Of a stretch of 64,000 bases of DNA, positions 63,672 to 64,000 are shown piece after piece. The stretch spans positions 9,712 through 73,711 of the forward strand of contig HF988646.1 in assembly GCA_000434675.1 (NCBI GenBank), in the 5' to 3' direction. The position numbers and the translations under genes were made by a program. Numbering within the stretch: the first letter of the stretch is position 1; every line of letters begins with the position of its first letter. This stretch comes from Faecalibacterium sp. CAG:1138 (GTDB lineage Bacteria > Bacillota > Clostridia > Christensenellales > CAG-917). The notes under the pieces were generated by a model that searched no databases, had not been told where the DNA came from, and worked only from the letters and a program-made list of their open reading frames with translations.

Positions 63672-64000
63672 TTAGCCCTCCAAATCGCGGTAGTAGTATT
63701 CCGGGATAACTTTGATCTTGATTTTTCTTTTTGCAAATATCTTTTCTTGTTCCTCGGTGGGGAGAACGTCGTGTCCAACGTAAATCGCCTTGCACGTTTC
63801 GGGAATGTTTTGAGTAAAATCGTCGAGTTCTTTTTCCGTCAGAACGATTGCGATTTCTGCATTGCCGTTGAAATTGATACCGTTTTCAAGCTCCACGAGT
63901 TCGCGGATATGCAAAAGCAGTTCGTCCGCATACTCGTAATATAACTTATCCGAAATGGGCAAATACTCCACTTTGAAGTATTTAAGGCTTGCTTTGTAAT
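63672..64000 (-). CDS. 3' end of a gene running off the right edge (possibly the cognate Mod methyltransferase)
   Basis: The frame stays open upstream of the track's GTG start, to the window edge (…YKASLKYFKVEYLPIS…). It is tightly coupled to the Res-like gene. The Mod assignment rests on gene order only. Confidence 0.35.
   Translation of the reverse strand, partial: YKASLKYFKVEYLPISDKLYYEYADELLLHIRELVELENGINFNGNAEIAIVLTEKELDDFTQNIPETCKAIYVGHDVLPTEEQEKIFAKRKIKIKVIPEYYYRDLEG

Overview
This window is a chromosomal segment of a moderately GC-rich Firmicutes/Clostridia-type bacterium. Supporting genes include spoVG, whiA, hprK, rpmE-DUF1385/prmC-prfA, dnaE, murB/murC, uvrC, dapF/dapL, purA, thrC, trpS, nrdD and two phosphofructokinases. 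About 46 kb is densely packed housekeeping DNA. It contains several unusual gene fusions: NrdD fused to a redoxin domain, RlmD with an inserted ASCH domain, and DUF1385 fused to PrmC. It also holds a 4-copy 143-bp tandem repeat that is in register with a tRNA-Gly gene, and a membrane-protein gene split at a poly-G(10) tract. From about 46.5 to 59.8 kb there is a roughly 13.3-kb island that looks AT-richer by eye (GC not computed) and abuts the 3' end of tRNA-Leu(CAG). The island carries a large serine recombinase and a tyrosine integrase but no phage structural or conjugation genes. Its cargo looks like stacked anti-phage modules: (i) an overlapping Abi2/HEPN plus minimal nucleotidyltransferase pair; (ii) a coupled pair made of a degenerate methylase-fold protein and a 1327-aa T5orf172/GIY-YIG-like, SF2 helicase and NPPY-methylase fusion; (iii) a separately promoted ABC-ATPase-Toprim/DUF4435 (OLD/PARIS-like) protein. 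The island also has an unassigned GC-rich structured element and two families of repeated putative protein-binding motifs. A second AT-rich block from 61.47 kb to the right edge encodes a Type III-like mod/res pair. All calls rest on reading the ORF translations and DNA by eye; no database search was run.
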